From NCBI GenBank assembly GCA_965217185.1, contig OZ244252.1:1984001-2048000 (forward strand): a DNA stretch of 64,000 nt. The letters are read 5' to 3'. The notes beneath the pieces are model-generated. The model had not been told where the DNA came from. It made no database searches and was given only the letters and a program-made list of their open reading frames with translations. This DNA is from an uncultured Candidatus Entotheonella sp. (GTDB lineage Bacteria; Tectomicrobia; Entotheonellia; Entotheonellales; Entotheonellaceae). Both the position numbers and the translations under genes were made by a program. This document shows positions 27,876 through 36,860 of the stretch, piece by piece; positions within the stretch are counted from its first letter, which is position 1; every line of letters begins with the position of its first letter.

Positions 27876-30299
27876 CTAGGCGGTCTCCTGGTAGAGGGCG
27901 TCTTGCAAGTCGTGGACCGCGGCAACGAATTGGTCCCTGCCGCCAAAGGCGTTGATCAACTGCAACGGGGTGCCGAGTTGGTTGAGCGGCGGGATGCGCA
28001 GCACCGCGGTATCGTCCAGGTTGAGCAGTCCTTCATCGGCGTATTTGACGAGCAGGGCGTCGAGTACGGCGCGCGCCTGTTCGCCGTACCTGCTGAACAC
28101 GTCGCGCTTCTTGACGTTGGCGGCGCGCTCGCGGCGGGTCAGCGGCTTGGCATCGAAGGCGACGTGGCAGATGAGGTCGAAAGGATCGAGATCCTTGTTC
28201 ACTTCCTGGACGATCACGTCGAGCGCCAGACCCTCGCCCGCCAGTTCGTCGATGATCGCCTGCTTGCGCTGCTCGGCCTTCCAGCGTCGCAGGAAATCGT
28301 CGAGGCTGGCGAAGCGCTTTTTCAACGCCTTGCGGGTGAAATCGCGCAGGGATTCGGTGACCAGCCTGCCGTACTCGTCGAGGTACTCCACCCGCTCGGC
28401 GATGATGGTGGCATCGATGCCGTCCACGTAAACCTTGTGCGTGCTGCCGAGGGGGTACGGCAGGGGGAGGGACGGGTCATGGACGACAACCTCCTCGTCA
28501 TCGGGTTGCAGCGGTTCCGGTTCGCCGGCATCGTCCGGGGGCGTGATCGGGTCGTCCTCGCCCGGCTCGTAAATCTGCACCGGCTCGCCGTCGAACTCCG
28601 GGTCCGCGAAGTGGCTGGTGGCGCCGCGGAAATCCATCAGGGTGAAGTAAAACTTGTGCGTATCCTCGTGCACGCGGGTGCCGCGCCCGACGATCTGCTT
28701 GAATTCGGTCATGGAGTTGATTGGGCGGTCGAGCACGATCAGCCGGCAGGTCTGCGCGTCAACACCGGTGGACAGTAACCGCGAGGTGGTGACCAGCACC
28801 GGGTACGCCGATTCCGGGTCGATGAAGTTGCCGAGTTCCGCCTGACCTTCGGGGTCGCCGCCGGTGATGCGCATGACGTAGCGGTGGTTGTGGGCCACGA
28901 GGTCGGCGTTTTCGTTGACGAGCGCCTGACGCATGCGGGCGGCGTGTTCCCGGTCGACGCAGAAGATGATCGTCTTCTGGAAGCGGTCGCCGCTTTCCTT
29001 GAGGAATTCGGTGACCTTGCGGGCGACAAGGTTGGTGCGGCCGTCCAGCACCAGATTGCGGTCGAAGTCCTTGGCGTTGTAGATGCGGTCGTCGACTTCT
29101 TCTCCGCGGCGGTCGAGCTGGCCCTTTTCGGGACGGTAGCCTTCCACGTCGCGGTCGACGTGGACCTTGATGACTTTGTATGGGGCGAGAAAGCCGTCGC
29201 GGATGCCTTGCTTCAGGGAATAGGTGTAGACGGGCTCGCCAAAGTAATGGATGTTGGAAACGTATCGCGTTTCCCTGGGTGTGGCGGTCAGGCCGATCTG
29301 CGTGGCGGTGCTGAAGTATTCGAGGATTTCCCGCCAGGCCGAATCCTCGGCGGCGCTGCCGCGGTGGCACTCGTCGACCACGATGAGGTCGAAGAAGGTG
29401 GGCGAGAACTCGCGGAAAAGCTTCTGGTGTTCTTCGGGGCCGGTGATGGCCTGATAAAGGCCGAGGTAGATTTCGTAGGCGGTGTCGATGCGGCGCTTCT
29501 TGTTGGCGGCGGTGCCAATCGTCGAGCCGTCTTCACGTTCGATGGTTCCGGCGTGGGTCGAGAGCTTGGCCATGGCCGGGCCAAAGGGCCGGAAGTCGTT
29601 GACCATCGTCTGATCGACCAGGACGTTGCGGTCGGCCAGGAACAGGATGCGCTTCTTGCGGCCCGCCTTCCACAGCCGCCAGATGATCTGAAATGCGGTG
29701 TAGGTCTTGCCGGTTCCGGTCGCCATGACGAGAAGAACGCGGTCGCGGCCCTTGGCGATGGCCTCGATGGCGGCGTTGATGGCGCTCACCTGATAGTAGC
29801 GCGGCGCCTTGCCGCTGCCGTCCTCGAAGTATTCCTGCAGGACGACGGCCTCGGTTTCGGGGGTCAGGCTCTTCCAGGCGCGGAAGCGCGCCCACAGGTC
29901 GGCCGGTGGCGGAAAGGCATCGAGGGTGAGGGTCGTTTCCGGGGTGGCGCTGGCGCCGGTGCGGTCGTGGAAGACGAAGCCGTCGCCGTTGGAGGAAAAC
30001 ACGAAGGGGATGTCGAGGGTGACGGCGTAATCGAGCGCCTGCTGCATGCCGTCGCCGATGGCGTGATTGTTGTCTTTGGCCTCGATCAGTGCGATGGGGA
30101 TGTTGGGCTTGTAGTAGAGAATGTAATCGGCCCGCTTGCCCTTGCCGCGGCTGACCAGCTTGCCGCGCACGATGATGCGGCCCTTGGTGAAGCTGACCTC
30201 CTCGCGGATTTGCGTCATCCCGTCCCATCCGGCACGGCACAGGGCCGGCGTGATGAACTTGGTGCAGATGTCGCGTTCGCTGAGGCTTTTCTTGTCCAT
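27876..30299 (-). CDS. hsdR: type I restriction enzyme R subunit (EcoEI/EcoAI-like)
   Basis: ADY...IEAK nuclease motif, MATGTGKT Walker A, DECHRG, TATP and QIVGRGTR; EcoEI-like C-terminus. Confidence 0.95.
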   Translation of the reverse strand: MDKKSLSERDICTKFITPALCRAGWDGMTQIREEVSFTKGRIIVRGKLVSRGKGKRADYILYYKPNIPIALIEAKDNNHAIGDGMQQALDYAVTLDIPFVFSSNGDGFVFHDRTGASATPETTLTLDAFPPPADLWARFRAWKSLTPETEAVVLQEYFEDGSGKAPRYYQVSAINAAIEAIAKGRDRVLLVMATGTGKTYTAFQIIWRLWKAGRKKRILFLADRNVLVDQTMVNDFRPFGPAMAKLSTHAGTIEREDGSTIGTAANKKRRIDTAYEIYLGLYQAITGPEEHQKLFREFSPTFFDLIVVDECHRGSAAEDSAWREILEYFSTATQIGLTATPRETRYVSNIHYFGEPVYTYSLKQGIRDGFLAPYKVIKVHVDRDVEGYRPEKGQLDRRGEEVDDRIYNAKDFDRNLVLDGRTNLVARKVTEFLKESGDRFQKTIIFCVDREHAARMRQALVNENADLVAHNHRYVMRITGGDPEGQAELGNFIDPESAYPVLVTTSRLLSTGVDAQTCRLIVLDRPINSMTEFKQIVGRGTRVHEDTHKFYFTLMDFRGATSHFADPEFDGEPVQIYEPGEDDPITPPDDAGEPEPLQPDDEEVVVHDPSLPLPYPLGSTHKVYVDGIDATIIAERVEYLDEYGRLVTESLRDFTRKALKKRFASLDDFLRRWKAEQRKQAIIDELAGEGLALDVIVQEVNKDLDPFDLICHVAFDAKPLTRRERAANVKKRDVFSRYGEQARAVLDALLVKYADEGLLNLDDTAVLRIPPLNQLGTPLQLINAFGGRDQFVAAVHDLQDALYQETA

Positions 30300-30337
30300 C
30301 CGGGTCGACCTCTCACCTTTGCGGCCGGTGCCCCTAC

Positions 30338-30544
30338 CTACACCTCCACAAATTCCGTGGAAGTCTGCGGCTCCGGTATTGGGGTCCCGTCTTCCCGCAA
30401 GCCATCAAGATGAAAAGCAACTGCCTCTCTTATATCGTGGGAGACCTCCTCCCGTGTCTTGCCCGTGGCCACGCAGCCCGGCAAGTCAGGCACATAAGCC
30501 GAGTAGTTATTGGTTGCCTTTTCAACAACCACCGCGTATTTCAT
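30338..30544 (-). CDS. hicB: HicB-family antitoxin
   Basis: YSAYVPDLPGCVATGKT.EE...IREAV.FHL.GL...G.PIPEP. Confidence 0.92.
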   Translation of the reverse strand: MKYAVVVEKATNNYSAYVPDLPGCVATGKTREEVSHDIREAVAFHLDGLREDGTPIPEPQTSTEFVEV

Positions 30545-30742
30545 TGTTCACTTCTCGTCAATCCGGCCTGCTTCAAAATGCTGTTCCACGTGCCCGGTGC
30601 CAAGTCTTCGTTCTGATGCCCCGGAATTCGTCACCCGTCCTGCCTTGAGCGGATGCTTGTCTTGCCGGTGACTTCCTCGAACCCGAACCAGGTGTCAACC
30701 GTCCCGTTGTATCAACAAGACGGCGTCCCGTACCTTGGGCAT
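30541..30742 (-). pseudogene. hicA: HicA toxin pseudogene (nonsense codon plus frameshift)
   Basis: MPKVRDAVLLIQRDG*HLVRVRGSHRQDKHPLKAGRVT / IPGHQNEDLAPGTWNSILKQAGL; GSH motif present; TGA at the conserved Trp; ATGA overlap with hicB. Confidence 0.85.
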
Positions 30743-30820
30743 GCTGTTGCTCGAATGCCGCGCGCCGAGCTGCGGAGAGTGACGGGAGCGGGTGTCTCAA
30801 GCCGTCAGGAATTGCGGTGC

Positions 30821-31333
30821 CTATTCAGTCCCGCCCGGATCGAACCCCAGCGCCCGTTCCGGCTCGTGCACGTGCATGAGGAAGATTTTCCATTCGCCGT
30901 CCTGGCGCAGCAGCGTGTAGGTGGCGGCGCCCTGATGGAGCAATTCGCCCGTGCCCTTGACGCGGTTGAACACGGTGCTGACGAGGGCGGTGTCGTCGCT
31001 CATCGGCTGCACGTTCACGGACACCCATTCGGTGTGGTCATAGCCGCGGTGATTGAGGGTGCGCTTCCACCTGCGCACGGTGCGGCGAATCTTCTCAGAG
31101 GTCTCGAACTCGGTGACCACGCCGTGCGGCGCCAGCAGGTACAGGGGAGCATGATGCAGGGAGGCGATGTAACGGGAGGATTTGTTGTCGAAGCTGTCGA
31201 GGTAATGGTTCATGAAGGCCAGGACGTCGTCCCTGGTATCCGCCTGGGCGGCCACCGTGCATATCAGGACAACCGCCAGAGCCAGCAATTGCATCGTGCG
31301 AAAAGCGATGCGCGCCCGGTGCCCGTCGGTCAT
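30821..31333 (-). CDS. secreted NTF2-like (SnoaL/DUF4440-like) protein
   Basis: Signal peptide ending AQA; C-terminal YTLLRQDGEWKIF..H pattern. Confidence 0.7.
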   Translation of the reverse strand: MTDGHRARIAFRTMQLLALAVVLICTVAAQADTRDDVLAFMNHYLDSFDNKSSRYIASLHHAPLYLLAPHGVVTEFETSEKIRRTVRRWKRTLNHRGYDHTEWVSVNVQPMSDDTALVSTVFNRVKGTGELLHQGAATYTLLRQDGEWKIFLMHVHEPERALGFDPGGTE

Positions 31334-31351
31334 TCTTTTCCACCTCCATAC

Positions 31352-31394
31352 AAAAAAACGGGAGAAGGAGCCCGATTAAGCCCCTTCTCCCGTT
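31352..31394 (-). terminator. intrinsic terminator after the PQQ dehydrogenase
   Basis: Minus strand AACGGGAGAAGG...CCTTCTCCCGTTTTTTT. Confidence 0.8.
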
Positions 31395-31416
31395 GGTCTT
31401 AGGTCAAATCAGCGCC

Positions 31417-33150
31417 TTACGGCAACTCGAAGACCCACACAACACCACCCTGCGGAACCTGCTCGGAGTAATCCGGAATTTCCAGGCGCAGGATGTCCTG
31501 CTTGCGTTCCGCGTCAACGCCCCAGCCCGACTGCACGGCGACGTACTGCTTGTCGCCCAGCATGTAGGTGCTCGGCGGAGCGGTGATACCCGAGTTGGTC
31601 GGGTACTGCCACAACATGGCGCCGGACGCCGCGTCGTAGGCACGGAACATGCGGTCGTTGGTGCCGCCGGCGAACAGCAGGCCGCCGCCGGTGGACAGGA
31701 TCGGACCCCAGTTGTGGTGCTTGAAGGTGTGCTTCCACACTTCATTCTTGTTGCCCACGTCCCAGGCCTGGATTTCACCGATGTGATCCCAGCCTTCGCG
31801 CAGGTAGAAGCCCTCGACGAGCTCCGGAATGTCTACGCCGAGCCACAGCTCACCCGCAACGTATTCCGACTCGTTGCCGGACATGGTGCTGCAGATGTTC
31901 TCGTTGGCCGGGATGTAGAGCAGGCCGCTGACCGGGCTGTACGACGGATACGGCCAGTCCTTGCCGCCCCACAGGGAGGGGCAGAACGGCGCGCTCACGT
32001 TCGTCTTCGGCCAGTGGGCGTCATCATAGGTGAAGCGCCCGGTCTCGGGATCGATGGCGGTGACCACGTCGTTGTACACGTAGTTCCACGCATCCACGAA
32101 CGCGATGGGACCTTCCGGGGAGGGTTCCAGCACGAAGATGTGGCCGTTACGGGCTACGTTGACGAGGGCCTTGAAGGTACGGCCGCCGAAGGTGAGGTCG
32201 GTCAGGACCGGCGGGGAAACCTCATCCCAGTCCCAGGAATCGTTCCAGTGGTACTGGTGGTGGCCGATGATCTGGCCGCTTTCGAGGTTCAGGGCGATGA
32301 CGGAGGTGGTGTACAGGTTATCCAGGCTACCACGCCGGTCGCCTGCCCACGGTGCGCCGTTGCCGATGCCCCAATAGACGATGCCGGTCTCGGCATCGAA
32401 AATGCCGGTGCTCCAGGCCGAGCCGCCGCCCGTTTGCCAGGAGTCAGCCGTCCAGGTCTCATGGCCCGGCTCGCCAGGGGCGGGGATCGTGTAAGTACGC
32501 CACGCCTGGGTGCCGTCGGCCACATTGTAGGCCGCTACGTAGCCGCGAATACCGAACTCGCCGCCGGACACGCCAACGAGCACTTTGCCCTGGGCGGTCA
32601 GGGGCGCCAGGGTCATGTAGTAACCCTTCTGGTAGTCGTCTACCGCGACTTCCCAGGCCACTTCGCCGGTCTTGGCATTGAGCGCTACCAGGAAGCAATC
32701 CGTGGTGGCCACGAACACCTGGTCGCCGTACAGGCCGGGGCCGCGATTGGTCGGGTGGATTTCCACCAGATCCTCGGGCTTCTCACGTTTGTAGCGCCAC
32801 AACTGCGTGCCGGTCGCCGCGTCGAGGGCGATCACCTGGTTGCTCGGCGTGGTGACGAACATGACGCCGTCGTTGACGACTGGCGGTGCCTGGTGGCCTT
32901 CCACCACACCGGTCGAGAACATCCACGACGGCTTCAGGCCCGCCACGTTGCCGGTATTGATCTGATCCAGGGGGCTGTGCATCCAGCCCTCGTAGTTGCC
33001 GCGAATTTGCAGCCAGTTGCCCGGCTCGGGGTTGGCCAGCCGCGCGTCCGTTACGCTACTGTAGTTGTCGATCTGTGCCGCAGCGGTAAACGCCATGGCC
33101 AAGCTGACCATGAAGGCGACCGCGATGGCCGTAAAAGTTCTTTTGGACAT
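31417..33150 (-). CDS. periplasmic PQQ-dependent dehydrogenase (methanol/ethanol superfamily, divergent)
   Basis: SPLDQINTGNV, GVSGGEFGIRGY, GGGSAW, YWGIGN, WDWDEV and GGKDW motifs plus Trp-docking repeats; true start MSKRTF with GGAGG RBS (the ORF-track start at 33990 is an over-extension). Confidence 0.9.
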   Translation of the reverse strand: MSKRTFTAIAVAFMVSLAMAFTAAAQIDNYSSVTDARLANPEPGNWLQIRGNYEGWMHSPLDQINTGNVAGLKPSWMFSTGVVEGHQAPPVVNDGVMFVTTPSNQVIALDAATGTQLWRYKREKPEDLVEIHPTNRGPGLYGDQVFVATTDCFLVALNAKTGEVAWEVAVDDYQKGYYMTLAPLTAQGKVLVGVSGGEFGIRGYVAAYNVADGTQAWRTYTIPAPGEPGHETWTADSWQTGGGSAWSTGIFDAETGIVYWGIGNGAPWAGDRRGSLDNLYTTSVIALNLESGQIIGHHQYHWNDSWDWDEVSPPVLTDLTFGGRTFKALVNVARNGHIFVLEPSPEGPIAFVDAWNYVYNDVVTAIDPETGRFTYDDAHWPKTNVSAPFCPSLWGGKDWPYPSYSPVSGLLYIPANENICSTMSGNESEYVAGELWLGVDIPELVEGFYLREGWDHIGEIQAWDVGNKNEVWKHTFKHHNWGPILSTGGGLLFAGGTNDRMFRAYDAASGAMLWQYPTNSGITAPPSTYMLGDKQYVAVQSGWGVDAERKQDILRLEIPDYSEQVPQGGVVWVFELP

Positions 33151-33402
33151 AATCCCTCCTTGAAGAGTGAAATCGTTCCCCAACACGGGAACGTTCTTGC
33201 TTTCTTGCGATGCCAGACAGCATAGCCGCTGGCCCTGCTGCTGGCAATGAAAAAAACCGCTGCGTGGCTTGACGAAGCGCAGGGTCCCAACGGGCCGCAA
33301 GGTGCCCGAGGCTCGGTTTACATCGGTTCGGCAAGTTCGTAGAGTAACAAGTTTTGTTGGCCTGCCCATGATTCTCGACTCACAACGGAGGCAAGACACG
33401 CG

Positions 33403-34986
33403 ATGCAGCACAGCGCTGCGGTACGGAGGCCCCCCGCCGGCAAGTGGATCATTGCCGGCACCGTGGTTCTGGGCTCGTTCGTATCGGTAATGGATATCAG
33501 CATCGTCAACGTGGCGATGCCGCAAATGCTCAGCACCTTCGGCGTGTCTCTGGACGCCATCACCTGGGTGGCGGTGGCCTACAGCATCTCCGAGATCATC
33601 CTCGTCACCATGGCCGCCTGGCTCAGCACCCTGATGGGCCGCAAGCGCTTCTTCGTCTTCTCCTTCATCCTGTTCACCGCCGCCTCCCTGCTGTGCGGCC
33701 TCGCCCGTTCCCTCGAAATGATGATCCTGGCGCGCATTCTGCAAGGCGTCGGCGGCGGCGGGCTCATACCGGTATCGCAGGCCATCATGCTGGAGACCTT
33801 CCCGGAGGAAGAGCGCGGCATGGCGATGGCCCTGTTTGCCACCGGCGTGTCCATTGCGCCGGCGGTCGGCCCGGTGCTGGGCGGCTGGCTGACCGATCAA
33901 TACGGCTGGCCGTGGATTTTCTACATCAACCTGCCGCTGGGGGTCCTCGGCGTCGGCCTGTCGATACTCGTCCTTGCCGATCCGCCGCATTTGCAGCGTA
34001 CCCTGGCGCGCATCGACGTGCCGGGCATCGTCCTGCTGGCAGTGGGTCTGACGGCCCTGCAGCTGTTCCTGGAACGCGGCGAGCGCGAGCAGTGGTTCGC
34101 CTCGTCATACATTGTGACGCTAGCCGTGGTCGCCGGGGTCTGCCTGGCGGTGCTGGTGGTGTGGGAACTGTACGCCGAGGAGCCGGTCATTCACCTGCGG
34201 CTGCTCAAGAACGTGCCCTTCAGCGCCGGCATCGGCCTGGGGTTCCTGTTCGGCATCACCCTGTTCGGCAGCATCTTTGTACTGCCCCTGTTCCTGCAGC
34301 GCCTGCAGGGCTATTCGGTGATGGATTCGGGGTTGCTGCAGTTGCCGCGCGCACTGATCATGCTGGTGGTCACGCCGATAGCCGGACGGCTCTACAACTC
34401 GGTGGACAGCCGCCTGCTGATCAGCTTCGGCGTGCTGTTGATGATGGTGGGATACCTGGAAATGTCGGGCTTCGCGCTGGACATGAACTGGACGCACATG
34501 ATGACCGGCTTTCTGCTGACCGGGGCCGGCATGTCGTTCATGTTCGGGCCGATGTCGGCGGTCGTCATGCGCACCGTGCCGATTCGCTCCCTCACCGCCG
34601 CCAGCAGTCTTTACACCCTCGGGCGCCGGGTCGGCGGCAACGTCGGCTACGCCTTCGTGGCCAGCCAGGTGGATCACCGCGCCGCGTTTCACCGCGCCCG
34701 CTTGGCAGATCACGTGACCCCCTACCACGCCAGTGTGAATCAGATGCTTGATGGACTCACCGGGCGGCTCGCCAGCGGCCCCGGACTGGCGCCGGGAACG
34801 GCGGAAAGCGGCGCGTTGCAATTACTGAACGGCACCGTGACCCGCCACGCCGCCATGATGGCCTACAACGACGTGTTCTGGATGATGGGCATGCTGTTCA
34901 TTCTGACCATCCCGTTCCTGCTGATGCTCAGCCGCGGCAGCGGGCACGGCGCGCAGGCCCGCAAGAAGGCGGGACAACGGGGGTAA
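33403..34986 (+). CDS. DHA2-family (EmrB/QacA) MFS efflux transporter
   Basis: DISIVNVAMP, MGRKR, RILQGVGGG, GPVLGGWLT and WPWIFYINLP motifs. Confidence 0.93.
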   Translation: MQHSAAVRRPPAGKWIIAGTVVLGSFVSVMDISIVNVAMPQMLSTFGVSLDAITWVAVAYSISEIILVTMAAWLSTLMGRKRFFVFSFILFTAASLLCGLARSLEMMILARILQGVGGGGLIPVSQAIMLETFPEEERGMAMALFATGVSIAPAVGPVLGGWLTDQYGWPWIFYINLPLGVLGVGLSILVLADPPHLQRTLARIDVPGIVLLAVGLTALQLFLERGEREQWFASSYIVTLAVVAGVCLAVLVVWELYAEEPVIHLRLLKNVPFSAGIGLGFLFGITLFGSIFVLPLFLQRLQGYSVMDSGLLQLPRALIMLVVTPIAGRLYNSVDSRLLISFGVLLMMVGYLEMSGFALDMNWTHMMTGFLLTGAGMSFMFGPMSAVVMRTVPIRSLTAASSLYTLGRRVGGNVGYAFVASQVDHRAAFHRARLADHVTPYHASVNQMLDGLTGRLASGPGLAPGTAESGALQLLNGTVTRHAAMMAYNDVFWMMGMLFILTIPFLLMLSRGSGHGAQARKKAGQRG

Positions 34987-34991
34987 GGAAG

Positions 34992-35318
34992 TCATCCGAC
35001 GGTGAGCGATTTCAACTGGACGGCCAACACCTTCTTGCGCCCGCCCTTGCCGAACGCCTCGTCGAATTCCTTGATCAATCCCTGGATGGCCTCGGAATTG
35101 ACCGCCTTCTGCATCGCTTCGTAGGTCTCGAACTCGTACATCGTCATAAACCGATACTCGTCCTCGCCTTCCATGATCTGGTAGCGCCGCCCGCTGACCA
35201 CGCCGGGAAAGCGTTCCAGCGCCTTGGGCAGATGGTCCTCGTTGTACCAGCGGTTAAACGCCTCCTCCGCCTCCGGCTTCACCTTCGCCATGACGATGAA
35301 CAGCCCTTTCTTGTCCAT
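34992..35318 (-). CDS. dimeric alpha/beta-barrel protein (EthD/DUF4286-like)
   Basis: EEAFNRWYNEDHLP...PGVVSGRRY pattern; GGAGG RBS. Confidence 0.7.
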   Translation of the reverse strand: MDKKGLFIVMAKVKPEAEEAFNRWYNEDHLPKALERFPGVVSGRRYQIMEGEDEYRFMTMYEFETYEAMQKAVNSEAIQGLIKEFDEAFGKGGRKKVLAVQLKSLTVG

Positions 35319-36321
35319 TCTCGAGACCTCCATTCGGGTTTGAATTGGTGTGCGGTGTGTTTCCTGGCTGCGACTGCTCGGGCGCCCCGCCCTTTAATTT
35401 TCCCAACAGCTTGCGCCCGCGCCGGCGCAGCTTGGCGAACGGACCGGGAAGCCGCCGCAGGGCGATCTGGCCGGCGCGCTCTCGGACGCTCTTCCCGTTG
35501 CCCGCCAGCATGTAAACGTGCAGCTTGCGCAGCGCCGCGGCATCCTGGCCGAACGGCGCCGACAAGGCTTGGCGCTGGAACGCTTCCCACGCATTCCAGC
35601 GGCGCGCCTTGCCGTTGCAGAACAAGACGGCGCCGCCGGCTTCCTGAACCAGCACCGCGCCGGCCACCATGTCCCACAGGCGCGCACCGCTGATAACGGT
35701 CAGTTGAAACGTGCCGCGCGCCGCGTAGGCCAACTCGTAGGCGATGCTACCCGCCGAGCGCACGTTGAGGCGCTGCACCTTGGCGCCGCGCTGCACGCGG
35801 TATTGATGCAGCATCCAGCCCGGCGTGCTGGCCAGGCGCGTGCCGTCCGGCACGTCGTCCCCGGCCGCCTGCATGGGCTCGTCATTGCAATACGCGCCGC
35901 CGCCCGCATGCGCCCGGAAAATCGTGCCGCCCGGACCCTCCCACGGCACCGCGACGACCCCAAGCACCGGCACGCCGCGAAAGCACAGGCCGATGGAGAC
36001 GGCGAAGGCCGGCAGGCCGGCCGCAAAGTTCGCGGTGCCGTCGAGGGGGTCGAGGAACCACAGGTAATCGGCTGCGGGATTGACGGCGTCCTCGGCTTCC
36101 TCGCCGATGATGCCGTGGCTGGGAAAGGCGCGGCTCAGGGCGTCCCGCAGCAGCGCCTCGGAACGCCGGTCCGCCTCGGTGACCGGCGACTGCTGGCCCT
36201 TTTCCTTGAATTCCACCTCCAGGGGACGCCGGAAATACGACAGCAGCACTGCGCCGGCTTCCTGAATGGCCTGCACGCACACGGCCTCGGCGTCGATCAA
36301 TACCTGGCGATCGGCCTGCAT
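35254..36321 (-). CDS. inositol monophosphatase family protein
   Basis: VTEADRRSE, GEE, DPLDGTANF, GSIA and WDMVAG motifs; start MQADRQ after AAGGAG. Confidence 0.9.
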   Translation of the reverse strand: MQADRQVLIDAEAVCVQAIQEAGAVLLSYFRRPLEVEFKEKGQQSPVTEADRRSEALLRDALSRAFPSHGIIGEEAEDAVNPAADYLWFLDPLDGTANFAAGLPAFAVSIGLCFRGVPVLGVVAVPWEGPGGTIFRAHAGGGAYCNDEPMQAAGDDVPDGTRLASTPGWMLHQYRVQRGAKVQRLNVRSAGSIAYELAYAARGTFQLTVISGARLWDMVAGAVLVQEAGGAVLFCNGKARRWNAWEAFQRQALSAPFGQDAAALRKLHVYMLAGNGKSVRERAGQIALRRLPGPFAKLRRRGRKLLGKLKGGAPEQSQPGNTPHTNSNPNGGLENGQERAVHRHGEGEAGGGGGV

Positions 36322-36337
36322 CGTTGCGGCTTCTCCT

Positions 36338-36838
36338 TTAACCATTGGTGTCCGACGGTTGCGCGTCCGCGCGCCGCCAATCGTGAAACGCCTCGCGGAT
36401 GGCATCGGCCGCAATGGCGACGCCGAGGCTGTGCTCGGCGGTTTCCGCGAACTGCGCCTGCTCGTGCAGGCGGGCAGCGAGGGTCGCCGCCACCTCGGCA
36501 ATCTCGGCGGCGTCAGACGATTCGGCAAAGGCCCGCATGTCGGCGTCGTCCATCTCGGACAGGCAATTGCCGACGTGCTGCGCCAGCACCGTGTATTCGA
36601 TGCCGCGCTGGTACAGCTCCCGCAACGGCGGCACGTGCCGTCCCAGGTAGCACTGCCCGAAGTGCAGCACCTTGTAAGGGATGTCTTCGTGCGTCTCCGC
36701 CAGTTCGCGGCGCGCCTCCAGGCCGTGCTCCCGCAGGTAGTCCAGCACCCACGAATCCTCCGGGTCGGCACGCTGCTGATTGAAATACAGTTTGAATCGC
36801 ACCATCGACAGGCCGTTGGGTTCCGTTTCGACAATCAC
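36338..36838 (-). CDS. hypothetical protein
   Basis: GAGGAG RBS with GTG start; packed between the HAD and IMPase genes. Confidence 0.65.
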   Translation of the reverse strand: MIVETEPNGLSMVRFKLYFNQQRADPEDSWVLDYLREHGLEARRELAETHEDIPYKVLHFGQCYLGRHVPPLRELYQRGIEYTVLAQHVGNCLSEMDDADMRAFAESSDAAEIAEVAATLAARLHEQAQFAETAEHSLGVAIAADAIREAFHDWRRADAQPSDTNG

Positions 36839-36860
36839 CGCGCTACTCCTCACCGTTAGC

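Noticed and set aside
30695..30697. In-frame TGA in hicA as possible selenocysteine or Trp recoding
   Set aside because: It falls at a conserved Trp (TGG to TGA), the gene also has a frameshift, no SECIS was seen, and TGA is used as a normal stop throughout the window.
19955..30742. Integron cassette array explaining the TA fragments
   Set aside because: No IntI gene or convincing attC sites (RYYYAAC...GTTRRRY) were seen, and gene orientations are mixed.
33151..33990. N-terminal 280-aa extension of the PQQ dehydrogenase in the ORF track
   Set aside because: It overlaps the MFS gene antisense; the real start has an RBS and signal peptide at 33150.
36322..36834. 526-aa IMPase 'fusion' in the ORF track
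   Set aside because: The upstream part is an alternative frame of the neighbouring hypothetical gene; the RBS supports a start at 36321.
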